Of a stretch of DNA of 64,000 bases, positions 12,930-26,279 are shown piece by piece. The notes under the pieces are model-generated. The model did no database searches and had not been told where the DNA came from. It saw nothing but the letters and a program-made list of their open reading frames with translations. Source of the DNA: Leucoraja erinacea (lineage: Eukaryota); NCBI RefSeq assembly GCF_028641065.1, contig NC_073396.1:18228001-18292000 (forward strand). The letters run 5' to 3'. The translations under genes were made by a program, and so were the position numbers. Each line of letters begins with the position of its first letter. The stretch's first letter is position 1.

Positions 12930-13930
12930 ACCTCCCGCGTTTTCCGGTTCACACTTTCACTGCTCGGAGCCGACAGTTCGCCCTGTCATGTGACATCAAC
13001 CCGCGCTGGAAGCGTGAGCGCGCCCGCGGCCTTATGCACCCGAAGGAGCGCGCGGCCGCCGCGGGAGCGGGGGAGAGGGGGAGAGGGGGGGGGGGGGGGG
13101 GAGGGGGGGGGGGGGGGGGGGGAGGGAGGAGGAGGGGGGGGGGCTGGGAGTGGCGGGGAGGAGGAGGGGGGGAGGGGAGAGGAGGAGGGGGGGAGAGGAG
13201 GAGGGGCTGGGAGGAGGAGGGGCTGGGGAGGAGGGGCGGGGAGGGGAGGGGGAGGAAAAAGCTCGCGCGCAACGTCCGCCGCCTGGCGCCTTTTGGCGGC
13301 GATTGTGACGTCACTGCCCCTGCGTTGGGCTGCAGGAGACCCCTGGCGTTATTGCGTTGGAGACGCCATTGTTTTGGAGGTGGTGTCGGTTTGAAGGTGT
13401 CGGCTCACCGCCGAGCGGCTACGGAACCTTCACCGCCCCCACGGCCTTCCGCTACTTCGTTTCCCCGTTGTTTGAATACGCTTTGCGGGCCGGACTGGGC
13501 CAACGTCACGACGATGGATGTGAGGATGCCGGTCTGCACTTCCGCCGGCTGCTGAGCCGGGTGCGGCCCTGCTCTGCCACCCGAGCCGCAGCGTTGTCTC
13601 CTGTCCCGGCCCTGCCCCAGCGCCCCTTCCCCCCTCCCTCCCCCATCTCTCCCCCTTTAGTTCCCATTCGTGCTCCCACCCCCCCATTTACTTCATGGCC
13701 TTTGCTTATGCCATGGATCCAACTGACGGCTGAGAAGGGATCGACTGAGGCCTGGCTGACCGTCGCAGGAGCAGAGTCCGCCCGACCTGAGAGGCGCCTC
13801 GACCCCGGCTTGTGTCCGCAGTAAGGAGCGCCCCGGATAGACGCCGTCCGGACTTTCCCACGAGGAGCAGGAGCAGTGGACATTATTGTCTTAGATTTAA
13901 AAACAAGACTGCGCCCAGACTTGCTGCATT
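12930..13930 (+). promoter_or_regulatory. RBBP6: CpG island / RBBP6 promoter and 5' leader
   Basis: Sharp rise in GC and CpG upstream of the ATG. Motifs: GTCATGTGAC E/M-box (12985-12994), palindromic CRE GTGACGTCAC (13305-13314), ETS-like ACTTCCG (~13538). TSS not determinable. Confidence 0.8.
13070..13256 (+). repeat. Polypurine G/A-rich tract (G-quadruplex/H-DNA potential)
   Basis: ~185 nt almost entirely G and A, with long G runs. Confidence 0.8.
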
Positions 13931-14318
13931 GCGGCTTTGCAATAAAAAAGCAGGAGGGACAGCAATCTCAAGACCTGCGAACTATTTCCCTGCGAGTTAA
14001 ATCCTTTGAACTTCATTCAATTTCATGGACGTTTAAAATATACCATTGACTTTTGAACTACCCGGTTTATTAGTGAGTAAAACAGCCAGTATATGATTTT
14101 TTGTGCATTGTGAAGTTAAAAAGAAGCTAGTTGCTTATTGAGTTACGGTCCAGATTTAGTGCTTTAAAAAAAAATGCTATAATACAACAAAGTCTAAATA
14201 CTTGAATTTCAGATATGGGAATTAAATTGTGAGAAAAGAGATTTTTTTTGTTTTGTTTTTGCAATTTTAAAAGGATATTTTTTTGTGGGTAAGACTTGTC
14301 CCATTAAAAAAAACAGAA

Positions 14319-14484
14319 ATGTCGTGTATACATTACAAATTTTCTTCTAAACTGAACTATGACACGGTCACTTTCGATGGGCTTCATATTTCTTTGAGCG
14401 ATCTAAAGAAGACTATCATGGCCCGGGAGAAGCTGAAGGCAGCAGACTGCGATTTACAAATCACCAATGCACAGACTAAGGAAG
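14319..14484 (+). CDS. RBBP6: RBBP6 coding exon 1 (DWNN N-terminal part)
   Basis: MSCIHYKFSSKLNYDTVTFDGLHISLSDLKKTIMAREKLKAADCDLQITNAQTKE; donor AAG|GTAAAT. Confidence 0.97.
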
Positions 14485-14556
14485 GTAAATGAACTGACTT
14501 TTTAAACTGTTTTAGGTTGTCCTTTTTTATTTTCTCTAACCATGTTCTGTGGTAGA

Positions 14557-14566
14557 CAAGATGGCG
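14557..14566 (+). promoter_or_regulatory. YY1-type motif in intron 1
   Basis: CAAGATGGCG, about 70 nt downstream of the exon 1 donor. Confidence 0.45.
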
Positions 14567-15464
14567 CGGATTGCTGGATTTGTCTGATTTCATTAGGAAA
14601 TCTTGCTTACAGGTTTGAAGGTAGTGCATGTCCGGGACACAGGAAATTGAAAGATGTAAATATATGCTGGGTATTACGTTTGTAATTTTGATTTGATCCG
14701 TCGAATTTTCTGCACAGTTTTAAAATGTTCACCTTTGTTCTTTGTGCATTGTTTTTAATATGAAAGCTGTTCTTTGCCTTTCGTCATTCTCAATCTGTTC
14801 TTCTGGCCTCGATGGGTTTAATTAGAGAACTGTGGTAAGCTTTTTGGTGACCCGAGGAAGAGCTCTTAACTGGAGGCCACACTGTTCCAGCCTATAACCT
14901 GTCAGATGATGACAGTCAAAGACAATATACTAAATTAAGAAACAACAAAATGTATTGAAGTTGGAAGGCATGTTGTTGTCGAATTTGCTTTAAATCCTCA
15001 TAAAACAGTTTAAAGACTAAAAGCTAGATGGCACATATTAGATGAAATCATAAATTATATTTAATTGCTGCATAATTTTACACAATTCTGTGTTTTCAAA
15101 TTCCATGCGGCCTGCTGGTCAGGCTGGTAAAACATTGTATGGAGATTGATCACCTGTAGTTTTAATGACATATTAATAGGATTGGTTTGTTATTCGACTG
15201 ACTGGCTAAAATTTCAAATCTAAGTTGAGTTGTGGAAAATCTTTCTGACTGTTAATGTGGGAAAAGCGCACCCAAACTAAGTTCACTTTCACGGTTTGAT
15301 CCCTGTCCATTGCACTTGTTAAACTACATATCGAGGCATAGCATGGTCAATGTTTCTTTACCATGCCTTTCCAGTAGTGAAGCACATGGAGATTGGATGG
15401 GGGTAACTCGCATTGTTCCTACAACTCTATTTCCAATTGTAGGTGCTTTGACTTTTGTAGAACA

Positions 15465-16380
15465 TAGAACAGAACAATACAAGAATAGGCCCTTTGGCCC
15501 ACAATGCTTGTGCCGAACATGTTGCGAAGGCCGTCATTTATCTACCTGCACGTAACTCGTATCCCTCTATTCCCAGCTTATCCATATGCCTATCCAAAAG
15601 TCTTTGAAATGGCACTAACGTATCTGCTACAACCACCATCCGCAGCAGTGCGTTACAGGCACCCGCAATCCTCTGTGTTTTGCCCTGCCTGTCTCTTTAA
15701 ACTTTGCCCCTCTTACCTTCAAACTATACCCCCTAGTATTTGATTTTTTTCATCCAGTGAAAAAGGACTCTCTTGTTCCAGGGAAAACAATACAAGTTTG
15801 TTCAATCTCTCCCTGTAGGGTAATATCTACCAATGCAGGAATCATTCTGATATAGCTGTGCACCCTTTCCAAAGCCCTTGCACCTTTCCTGTAATGGGGT
15901 AACCAAAACTGCACACAATATTCCAAATGTGGCCTGACCAAGGTCCTTTCAAGTTGTATCATGACTTCCAGACTCTTATATTCGATTCCCTGTCCTATAA
16001 AAGCAAGCATATCACATGCCACTTTTACCACTCTATACTTTTGTTACTTTTATGGAGTTAAGGACTTGGACCCATTGATCTCTGTATATCAGTGCTGTTA
16101 AGGGTCATGCCATTAATTGTACATTTTCCCCATGCCATTTGACCTCCCAAATGACAAAGCCTCGCACTTGCTTGGATTAAACTTGGAACGGCCATTTTTC
16201 CACCCGTAGATGGAGGTGATCTCTATCCCCTATAGTAGGTGATCTATATCCCCCTGTATTATTGACGTTCTTTGCTTAGTCCGAGACCCCAGCAATCTTG
16301 GTGTCATCTGCAAACTTGCTAACCTACCCAACTATGTTTGCAACCAAGTTATCTAAATCACAAAAAGCAGAAGTCCCAGC
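15465..16380 (-). mobile_element. CR1 LINE 3' fragment
   Basis: MLAFIGQGIEYKS..RTLVRPHLEYCVQFWLPHYRK. Confidence 0.85.
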
Positions 16381-17681
16381 CAGACACGTGCCGTGAGTAA
16401 TTACTCAGGGTAGGCAGTCAGTCGGTTTTTTAAAAATCTTAAACCGCGCATGCGCAGATTGTTCTCTACGTAAGCTGTCAGTCGACTTTTATAAAGTCTT
16501 CAAAAGCCAAATCTCTTAATAAAGTACCGTATTTCCCGGCAATGAAAACGCACCCCCATTTTGAGTTGCTAAATTTTGAAAGAAGGCTGGTGGGACATAG
16601 AATTTCTCATGCTCGAAAAAATAAAAATAAAGAAAGCAATTTGCCCAAGGCTTCCAAATCGCCTTCATTCTGAATTACTGAATGGGTGGGGGGTGGAGGG
16701 TCACGACAGGTGGAGAGATGGTGGGAAAAACGGGAGCACACCGGGGACAAGTTGAATCAGTTGTGATCTTATTGAATGACAATACTTGTTCAAGGGACCA
16801 ATTGGGGGGAGAGTTCCTTTCACCGCGTGTGGTGAGTCTGGCCAGGGGTAAAGTTGCTCCCCTCGTTAACTTAACACATTTCTCTTAAGATAAAACACAT
16901 TAAGGTAAGCTTTGATGACATTCTCACAAATCTCATCGCCATCTAACCACATTGTTCTGTGAACGTAAATGCTTTTTTCTTTCGTGTCAACAATTTATGT
17001 ATTGTCGCAAATTTCATTATCGCTTCCCTCGCCAATGTTTGGGTCCGAATTGTTGTTGTAAAGAGTGAAGAATAATAAGAATGGGTTCTGAGCCTTGTTG
17101 AGTACCACTGCTAGCAATCTCAGCTGTAAAATAAAATGCCTTTTTTTAATTTTTTTTTTTTTATAAGTCTGCTAACCTGATTAAAAAACGTTCATACTCC
17201 ATTTGAAACCGACTGAACTCATCAATCCTTTTTCCATTTAAAAAAAAAATGGTTAATCAAAAAAATCTTTCCTTTCCAGATGATTAATCTCCTTTGTAAT
17301 TGAAGACTTTAAGATATTTTTCAACTGATTCCAGCATTTTATTCCAAAACATTTCGCATCACATAATTTTTCCCTGCAATTTCCTTAAAATGAGACATCA
17401 AAAAGGACGAAGTTCAAGGAAAATGTAGAATAGATCATTGTTAGCTAGGGAAAGGTGACAATGAAGCATACAAAGATAAAATTTAATCAGGAGGACAGTC
17501 AGATTGGACGGAGAACTAGGATGGAGGAGGGCTGGGGAGAGGGAAACCAAGGGTTACTGTAAGTAGAAGTCAATGCATTCTGCCTTTATGTAATCCACAT
17601 CCCTGCATTTCCAGTACATTTATGTGCCTGTCTAAAGGCCACAAATAATGCCATTGCATGTACTTCCACCACCCCTTACAG

Positions 17682-18182
17682 CAGGGGTCGGCAACCTGCC
17701 GTCCTCGGGCCGAATGCGGCCGTAATCCGAAATAATCCGGCCCGCAGGCGATTTCCCCCCCCCCCCCCCCCCCCCCCCCCGTAATCATCCGGTATGCCAT
17801 GCTCCCTGAGCAGTGGCTGGGCTTACCGAGCACCCCGAGCAGCAGCAGCCCAGCTCTGGCTGTACTGTATCCTGCGCAAAGCCGCCGGCACGGCCGCACA
17901 ACTTCTGTGAACACGTTTAAGAAAGATGCTAGAAAAATCGAAGGTAGACAAGAATGCTGGAGAAACTCAGCGTGTGAGACATGCAAGGATTGCATGAGGC
18001 TGCCTCACCCGCTGCGTTTCTTCAGCATTTTTGTCTACCTGTGAACACGTGATTTGATGCTTGCCATCTGGGGCAGGATGGGGGCGGGATCCATGTGTAC
18101 ACGTGATAGATGTGGCCTGCCATCCGATCACAGACATGCATCCCGTCCCGGCCCCTATGCAGAACAAGGTTGCCGACCACTG
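17682..18182. mobile_element. hAT-type MITE (composite), copy 1
   Basis: TIRs CAGGGGTCGGCAACCT / AGGTTGCCGACCACTG; perfect 8-bp TSD CCTTACAG at 17674-17681 and 18183-18190; inserted in a minus-strand CR1 3' end. Confidence 0.92.
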
Positions 18183-18467
18183 CCTTACAGAATGTTCCAT
18201 GCACCTACCACTCTGTAGAATAAAAACATGCCCCTCCCATCTCATTTAAACTGCTTCCCTCTCAGCTTAAGTGTTTGACATTTCCACGTTGGACTCGTGA
18301 CTTGTCTACCCTATCTTTACCTCCCCTCAGCCTCCTTTCCAGAGAATACCATCCGAGGTTATCCCAACCTTGCAATCTATACCCTCCAGGCAGCATCTTG
18401 CATCCACGGTAAAGCCTCCACTTCCTGAAATGGAATGCAATTTGAGAGTTTAAGTATGGGTGTTAGA

Positions 18468-18745
18468 ATGGCGCGGTGATAGAGCTCTACTGCCTCAACA
18501 CAGGAGACCAGAGATTGATCTTGACTGAGTGCTGTACATGTGGAGTTTGCATGTTTTCCCTTTGAGTGCATGGGTTTCTTCTGGGTGCTCCCACATCCCA
18601 AAGATGTGTGAGTTTGCAGGCTAATTACACTCTAAATTGCCCCTAGTATGTAGGGAGTGGTTGCAAATGCGTGATAACATAGAAGTTGTGTGAATGTTTG
18701 ATCAATGGTCAGTGACGACTCTGGGCTGAAGGGTTGTGTCTCGAA
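18468..18745 (+). mobile_element. V-SINE-like SINE
   Basis: Degenerate tRNA head plus GTGGAGTTTGCATGTTTTCCC body. Confidence 0.7.
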
Positions 18746-19726
18746 AATAAAATATTTTGGGTTGCATTTCTGTGTCGAGTCTAAAGCCAGAAAGTATGGT
18801 CTATGTAGCTGATTCCTTCTACTTTGTGTATCAGGCTGTTCACAACCTTTATGCCTGTTGACCTTAAAACTGATTGGTTGGCCTCCTTTCCCACTCACCA
18901 AACTAGCTTCCATAACCCGCACTAATCGTGTCCCAATTTTCATAAGTTCTATTTTTCCGCTTTCTAATTACCTTTTCTTGTCTCATCTAATTTTTAACGT
19001 GTTTGGAACCTGTTCTTGGCTCAATTCCTTCAGATGAGCAATCCAATAAGTACTCTGTCGTTTTGTGCTGCATCTGCTTCACTTACCCTTCCTATGCAGG
19101 CATCAACACCTAAAGTTAGGATTTCCCTCTGTCCACAAAACTCCCACTTTTGAGACATTTTGTTGAAGCCTGTACCTGATCCATCTTGTCACCCGTACGA
19201 ATTTATTTTCAAGTTATCAGTTTTGGCTTGATAACTTTCCTGGGAAGCACCTTGGGACTGATATTACATTGATAGAGCTTACATAAATATAAACAAATTA
19301 ACTTAAAATATATATTTTATTATTTGGGCATTAGCATTATATGAATCGTGTTTCCTCAAATAAGTTGCAGCTAAGGAATACGTCAAGATCGGCAATTAAT
19401 TATTTTGCATCATGCCACTCAACGGGTAGACAAATTAGTCTGGTTATTATGATTTGCATATCTCATTTCAAAAGATTGTAGGAACTTTATAATTCATACA
19501 AATTTCAACAAGTTTCCCTTTTAAAATTGTGGATTTTGTTTTAAAACAGTCCAATTATAGGATTTTTCCCCATGGATTGTGTCGAAGATAAAAGATTATT
19601 TTAACTATTGACTTTACAAATCTGGAGCTGTAGGGAGAAAGGGTATGTGTTTTAAAGCTGCAGTGCTTCTAACACGATAATGCCAAGAGTAGTAAGCTCC
19701 CTAAGCACTATATGTGATGCTGTCCT

Positions 19727-20310
19727 CAGTATATGAGCAAAGAGGTCCTTCTGCAGTTGTACAGGGCCCTAGTGAGACCACACCTGGAGTATTGTGTGCA
19801 GTTTTGGTCCCCTAATTTGAGGAAGGACATTCTTGCTATTGAGGAGGTGCAGTGTAGGTTTACAAGATTAATTCCCGGGATGGCGGGACTGTCATATGCT
19901 GAGAGAATGGAGCAGCTGGGTTTGTATACTCTGGAATTTAAAAGGATGAGAGGGGATCTTCTTGAAACATATATGACTATTAAGGGATTGGACACGCTAG
20001 AGGCAGGAAACATGTTCCCAATGTTTGGGGAGTCCAGAACCAGGGGCCACAGTTTAAGAATAAGGGGTAAGCCATTTAGAACGGAGATGAGGATGCACTT
20101 TTTCACGAAGAGTTGTGAGTCTGGAATTCTCTGCCTCAGAGGGCGGTGGAGGCCAGTTCTCTGGATACTTTCAAGAGAGAGCTAGATAGGGCTCTTAAAG
20201 ATAGTCGGGGGATATGGGGAGAATGCAGGAACGGGGTACTGATAGGGGATGATCAGCCATGATCACAATGAATGGCTCGAATGGCCTACTATCACCTATT
20301 GTCTATTGAC
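19727..20310 (+). mobile_element. CR1 LINE 3' fragment
   Basis: LQLYRALVRPHLEYCVQFWSPNLRKDILAIEEVQ..GLSYAERMEQLGLYTLE. Confidence 0.92.
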
Positions 20311-22326
20311 AGGTCAGTATGGGAATTCAAATTAAAATGGGTGGCAGCTGGAAAATCCAGCAGACCTTTGCAGATAGAACACAAGTGTGTACAGGAGGCC
20401 CCATTGGGAGCACCAAATGCAGTAGGCATTTCGGTCCCTCATTCAAATTATTGATATATATTTTGAACAGCTGGGGTCTGAACACTGAACTCTGGTCCCC
20501 CAATAATCACTGTCTGGCACCTGAAGAAAACTTGTTTATTCTGCATTTTCAATCTATCATCCAACTCTTAATCCATGCCTATATATTTAAAGTTCTAAAT
20601 TTATTGTCTTCAATTTTGCATTCTTATGTGGGACCTTGTCCAAAGTCTAAATGCACCATCTCTGCTGGTTCTCCATTAACAATTGTATCCATTACTTGAT
20701 TGTTTGCGGATGTGGACTCAAGTTTTTTTTTTTTTTCAGAACCCATTCAGGCTTTGTCCAATCCTGCAGTATGTCTTCTGTTACTACATTTAAAGTAGAT
20801 TGTTATTTTCTCTGCTACTTATTTTAGGCTTCCCTACTTTTATTCCCTCTTTTAAATACTGGGTTTATATTTTGCCTCTATTCAATTTGGGTTCACTAGC
20901 CATTTATAAAATTGAATTTTTAGTTATGTCAAAGTATTTTGCTTGTTTGACATGTCTGCCCTTGTTTTGTCCTTGTCCCTCCTTATCTGATTTGGATGCA
21001 GGCCTTTGCTGTTCGATTGAAGCCTTTAGGACTTCGGCAGCATAATCTGCAAACATCTCTGCACATTGTGGAAACAATTGTTTGCTGGCTGTTTAAATTG
21101 AATTAAATTCAGAAATATTTTTACTTAGTTTCACTTCGAAAACCTTTAACAAAAAACTAATTGGGGATTGAGAAATAACATGGCAAGGAGCTTTGCTTTC
21201 TAGTTTGCAACCCTCCAACGCCTTATGAAGTCTTATCCAATGTTTTACGAAGTCTTATCAAATTTTATCCTAGTTGGACATCAAGCAAACTGCCAAAATG
21301 CCAAACCATCCAATGACTTGTGATTAGGAAATCAGTCTATTTAATTAAGTACAGAAAATATCTATTTCAAATATCATTGCATCTATTCAGAATTTGAAGC
21401 CAGTCTGTTAGCCCCAAGGGTTTAAGGATAAAAAACAAATAATTAAAAAAATGATGGAAGAATACTAAATTTATGGCAGGATAATTGTGTATCTACCCGC
21501 TGTTGCATGAGCAGTGTTTCCACATTACTAAGCTACTGTTTCGCTCTAATCAAATGCTCATAGTGCTGTGTACTTATTCAAGGTGAATCAGCACTCGGAT
21601 TAAGTCAAATGGAACTTTCTAGTGAAATGCTTCAGGGTTTGTGTCCTAAACCTTTTAAAGTGTCTAACTTCTGAACAAAGTAATATATGCCAAAATGCCC
21701 AATAATATATAATGCACAAAATCCTGTATAATCTGACAAAGGTTTATGTGCACCGTCTCTAACCTTATATACTCCGTTTGATGTTCCTAATGAAGCCTCC
21801 TTTATATCAGGGAGGCCAATAGTGGACTCGGCGACTGTTTTGCCGAACACTTGCATTGAGGCCTAATGGATCTCCTGGTTGCTAATTATTTTAACTCCCC
21901 TTCCCTTTCCCATGACTTTTGTGTTGGGGTGCTTTGCATGTAGGCTTTATGTTTTCCCTGTGACCCTGAGTTTTCTTCGAGTGCTCCGGTTACGACCCAA
22001 CTCCAAAGATGTGCAGGCTTGTAGGTTAATTGGCCTCTGTAAATTGCCCCCTTGTGTTTAGGAGCGAACTAGTGTAATCACTGGTTGCCTTGGACTTGGG
22101 CCCAGTAAAATGCTCTGAATAAATAAAAATAAATAGATTCGCTCACCATTGATCAAAAGTACTAAGGTATCTAATCCAAAAGCTGTTGAGTGGGGGAAAA
22201 ACATCCGTTATCCTTGTAGTTACGGATTAATTCATAAATCAAAGTGAATAAAATCTTCAATTATATAAATTATCCCTGGGAATAGAATGTTCTTGTTTTT
22301 ATTCTGACACCGTTAATTCTTTACAG

Positions 22327-22426
22327 AATATACAGATGATAATGCTTTAATACCCAAGAATTCATCTGTCATTATAAAAAGAATTCCCATCGGAGGTGTG
22401 AAATCTGCTGGCAAATCATTTGTCAT
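22327..22426 (+). CDS. RBBP6: RBBP6 exon 2 (DWNN C-terminal part)
   Basis: ttacag|..(E)YTDDNALIPKNSSVIIKRIPIGGVKSAGKSFV..|gtaagt; includes the di-Gly motif. Confidence 0.97.
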
Positions 22427-22989
22427 GTAAGTTTGCAATTTTATTTTAACGTTTAACCTATTGCCCTTTCACAGTGAAGCAAATTCAAATGGTTTAGGAA
22501 TAGGATTATTTCAGTTGAATGTAGTCTTGAATTTATTTTTTTAATTTACATTAGTATACTGAATGCTTAAGAGTTTAAAAATGTATATTTATATGATAAT
22601 GGAGGCTTGACGGTGACTTGTGAAAGTGAATAGAATGATGTGAAAGACACCTTTAAATTTTGGATATAAGGATTTTCTATTTTGTAAAACATCATTTGAT
22701 AATGTATTTTGATGAATATTGTGACAGCTTGTTATTAAATATGGTCATTAAAAGTAAAAATTGATTTTCTTGAAATGTTTAAGAAAGAGCTGCAGATGCT
22801 AGATAAATCTCTTGTTATAAAGTGTTTTGTGATTGGCTATGGCCAAGTTGTTGCATTAACCACATTTCTCTGATTACACTTCATTAATTCTAAAGTGAGG
22901 CTCCAAGTGGTGCTGTGAACATGTCACTTATTTATCTTGTATTGGAGGAGGGCTTTTGTTTCAACACAAAGCAGAAAGTACCAACACCG

Positions 22990-23935
22990 ATAGATGATTT
23001 GGATGAGAATATACATGGCACAATTAGCAAGTTTGTCGATGACACAAAAGTGGGTGATATTGTAGATAGTGATGATTGTTGTCAAAAATTGCAGCAGGAT
23101 CCTGCTCAGTGGGGCAGGTGGGTTGAGGAACAGTTGATGGTATTTATTGCAGATAAATGTGAGGTGTTGCATTTTGGGAGCACTAACATGGGCAGGGCAT
23201 ATTACACAGTAAAGGGTAGGGCTCTAGGGAGTGTTGTAGAGCAGAGGGATCTAAGAGTACAGGTACAAAGTTCATTGAAAGTGGCATTACAGGTAGATAG
23301 GGTGGTCAAAAATGCTTTTGGCTCATTGGCATTTAGTATTGAGGATAGAAGTTGGGAAGTTATGTTGCAGTTGTATAAGATGTTGATGAGGTTGCATTTA
23401 GAGTATTGTGCTCAGTTTTGGGCACCATGTTATAGGAAAGATGTTAGAAAGGGTGCAGAGAGGATGTTGCCAGGATTCGAGGGCCCCAGCTATAGGGAGA
23501 GGTTGATCAGATTAGAACTGTGCCCAAGTCCAGTTGATCACACTAGTTCTCTCGTACACACGGGGCAATTTACGGAAGCCAATTTGTTGGAGCGCAGGAG
23601 GATGAGGGGTGATTTTAGAGGTATAAAAAAATCATGAGGGGAATAGATCGAGTAGATGCGCAGAGTCTCTTGCCCAGAGTAGCTGCATTGAGGACATTGG
23701 TTTAACATGGGGGGAGGGGGGGGGTGAAATTTAACAGGAACCTGAGGGGTAACTTTTTCACACATAAGTTGATGGGTGCATGGAACGAGCTGCCGGGGGA
23801 GGTAGTTGAGGCAAGTACTATCGCATAGTGTAAGAAATATTTAGACAGGTACATGGATGGGACAGGTTTAGAGGGATATGTACCAATTGTAGGAAGGTCG
23901 GACTAGTGCAGATAGGACATCTTGGCCGGTGTGGG
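22990..23935 (+). mobile_element. CR1 LINE RT/3' fragment
   Basis: ISKFVDDTKVG..KCEVLHFG..RLHLEYCAQFWAP; a short SINE piece interrupts it near 23520-23585. Confidence 0.9.
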
Positions 23936-24612
23936 AATTTAAGCTTACATTTCTTTGCTTATAAATGATGAGAATGTGATACTTGCTAACACAGAAATTG
24001 AGGTAAATAGTGTTGAGGGATTTTGGGGGAATGGTAATCAAAACAGGAAGGTACATGAAGGATGTTTAGGGAATTGTGTGAAATTTGGGATATTTGAGAA
24101 GGCAAATGTTGAAGAGCATTCATTTTCTCCTGCACTTGAAGTACTGTGCATCTCTGAGATTAGAAGCTGCTTGAATCTCGTTAACACATTTCAAAGCAGT
24201 GACTAGAATGAGCTTTGGCTTTTGGCTGTGAGGTGCAATGGGCAAAATTGGTTAGTTTGTATTTGTTTTGGTTGCTGGAATTCTGTCAACTTTCGGCTCT
24301 TGGTTCATAGCGTCCTATATCTGGGAGATTTAAGTACTCATCTGGATACTTCAATGACTCTGCTTCCACCACACTTCGGCAGTGCATTCCAAGTATGCAT
24401 AACTCTCTGTGTGGGAAAATGTCTCGGATGCTATCTAAATCTCTTCTGACCCTCATCTGTGCCTTATCTAGGGAATACTTTCCTGTAGTTTACTGTATCT
24501 ATACCTGACCTCAATCATGTCCCCAGTTAACCTCCTTCACACTGAGGGGAGCAGGCCCAGTCTCTGAATAATCAACATTACTGTACCTCTACATCCTACT
24601 GTCACATCCTAC

Positions 24613-25410
24613 CTACAACATGGTGACCACATCAGGAATGCTGCACACGGCAGATAAGATTAGAGGAGGTGCATGTGAACCTCTGTCTAAGCTGAAAGGA
24701 TTGTCAGGGTCCCTGGGTGGAGTTAATGGAGGAGATACAAGGACAGATGTTGCATCTCTTCCGGTTGCTGGGGAAAGTACCTGGGAAGGCAGTGGTTTGG
24801 GTGGAAAGGGATAAGTGAACCAAGGAATTGAGGAGGGAGCAGTCCCTGTGGAAGGCAGAAAAGAGTGGAGATGGGAAGATGTGATTAATGGTGGGATTCC
24901 TTTGGAGGTGGTGGAAATATTGGAGGACATTGTGTTGGATGCTGAGGTTGGTGGGGTGAAAGGTGAGGACCAGGGGAACTCTGAATGTTGCATCGGTGGG
25001 GGGGGGGGGCGAGAGCAGAAATATGGGGCACTAAGGAGTCACGTGAGAGCCTGATCTATTGCAGAAGGGGGAGTGGCCACGTTCCCTGAAGAATGAGAAA
25101 ATCTTGGATGTCCTGGAACACCTCATCTTGGGAGCAGTTGCGGCAGAGACTGAGGAATTGAGGATTCCCTTGCTTTCCCCCTTGGGATCACACCTTCCTT
25201 AGCCAATGATGAGCTTACCAGGCACCTGCATGAGGTCATTTGTGGCCAACCTTGATTGGCCCTGGTCTTTTCTCGACTCCAGTTCTTCACCCCGCCCACC
25301 CCAGTACTTTCAGCCTGAAGGAAGGTCCCGACTCGAAACATCACCCGTCCTTTTTCCATAGCAATGCTGTCCGAGTCGCTTAGTTACTCCAGCACTTTTG
25401 TCTATCTTTT
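24613..25410 (-). mobile_element. Penelope-like element fragment plus pseudo-LTR
   Basis: Minus strand is similar to 11300-11470 (GIY-YIG and upstream region); hammerhead-like motif at 25315-25342. Confidence 0.65.
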
Positions 25411-26279
25411 ATATCTAGATGAAACTTCATCTGCCATTTCTCAGTCCATTTCATTGTCACATCGATATCACTGTACACATCCTCCATATTGTCAACAACT
25501 CTGCCAATCTTTGGGTCATTTGATCATGCCTCCTACATGCATTTTCAGTCCCAATTAAAGTCTATAAATGATAATACAAAAGCCAAATTCTGATAAATGG
25601 TTGAAATATTAAACAAAGGCAGAAAATTCTGGAAGAAGCCATGATTGATGGCTGGGATAACCATACATCAACCCCCCCCCCCCCCCCCCCCCCCCCATCC
25701 TCAGATTATGACACCACCTACACACTGAAGGATTTACACTGGGCAGTTTAGTTACCGACCTGCACAGCTTTGGGGTGTGGGAGAAATCAGAACACTGAGG
25801 AAACCCATGGGCTCACAGAGACCAAGTGCAAACTTCACACAGGCAACACCAAAGGTCAGGATTGAACCTGGGTCTGTGGCACTGAGACGCACGCCGTGGG
25901 CTCTGTCAGATGTGCTACCATCTAACAAAGGTTTGTTTTGGAGATATACTATCTGCCATACATTTATTCTCTTGTGGGTAGCTTCAAACAAGTGGTTAGG
26001 CAGCAAGATTACTCTTATTCAGCGATTGCCGTAAACCAAGGAAATTTTTTTTCCCAATGAGGACAAATTGTAAATTTCCATTTAGTCATTCGTGAGGAAC
26101 TATCAAAACTCTCAAATCTTCCTTCACATGCCCACTGTTGTTACAGTTAATCTAGTTCAGTTTGCTATTGTATGCTATGTCAAAACATCTTGCTTTCCCC
26201 ATGCTTATTTTTGATATAATTTTATTTATGGAATGAAAATTTCATTACTGTAACAACTTGAAACATCTTTGCTTTCCAG

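Noticed and set aside
12872-13883. Long Gly/Pro/Arg-rich ORFs in the CpG island
   Set aside because: Expected stop-codon depletion in GC-rich promoter DNA; no recognisable protein and no evidence for a divergent gene.
14283-14318. N-terminal extension of RBBP6 from the TTG in the ORF track
   Set aside because: The conserved protein begins MSC at 14319; nothing supports the non-AUG start.
16525-16570. TA-CCGTATTTCCCGGC pogo/Tc2-like terminus
   Set aside because: I found no matching opposite TIR, so a bounded element cannot be supported.
22915-23637. 240-aa ORF as a nested gene
   Set aside because: It is a truncated CR1 reverse transcriptase with a degenerate catalytic motif and an inserted SINE piece.
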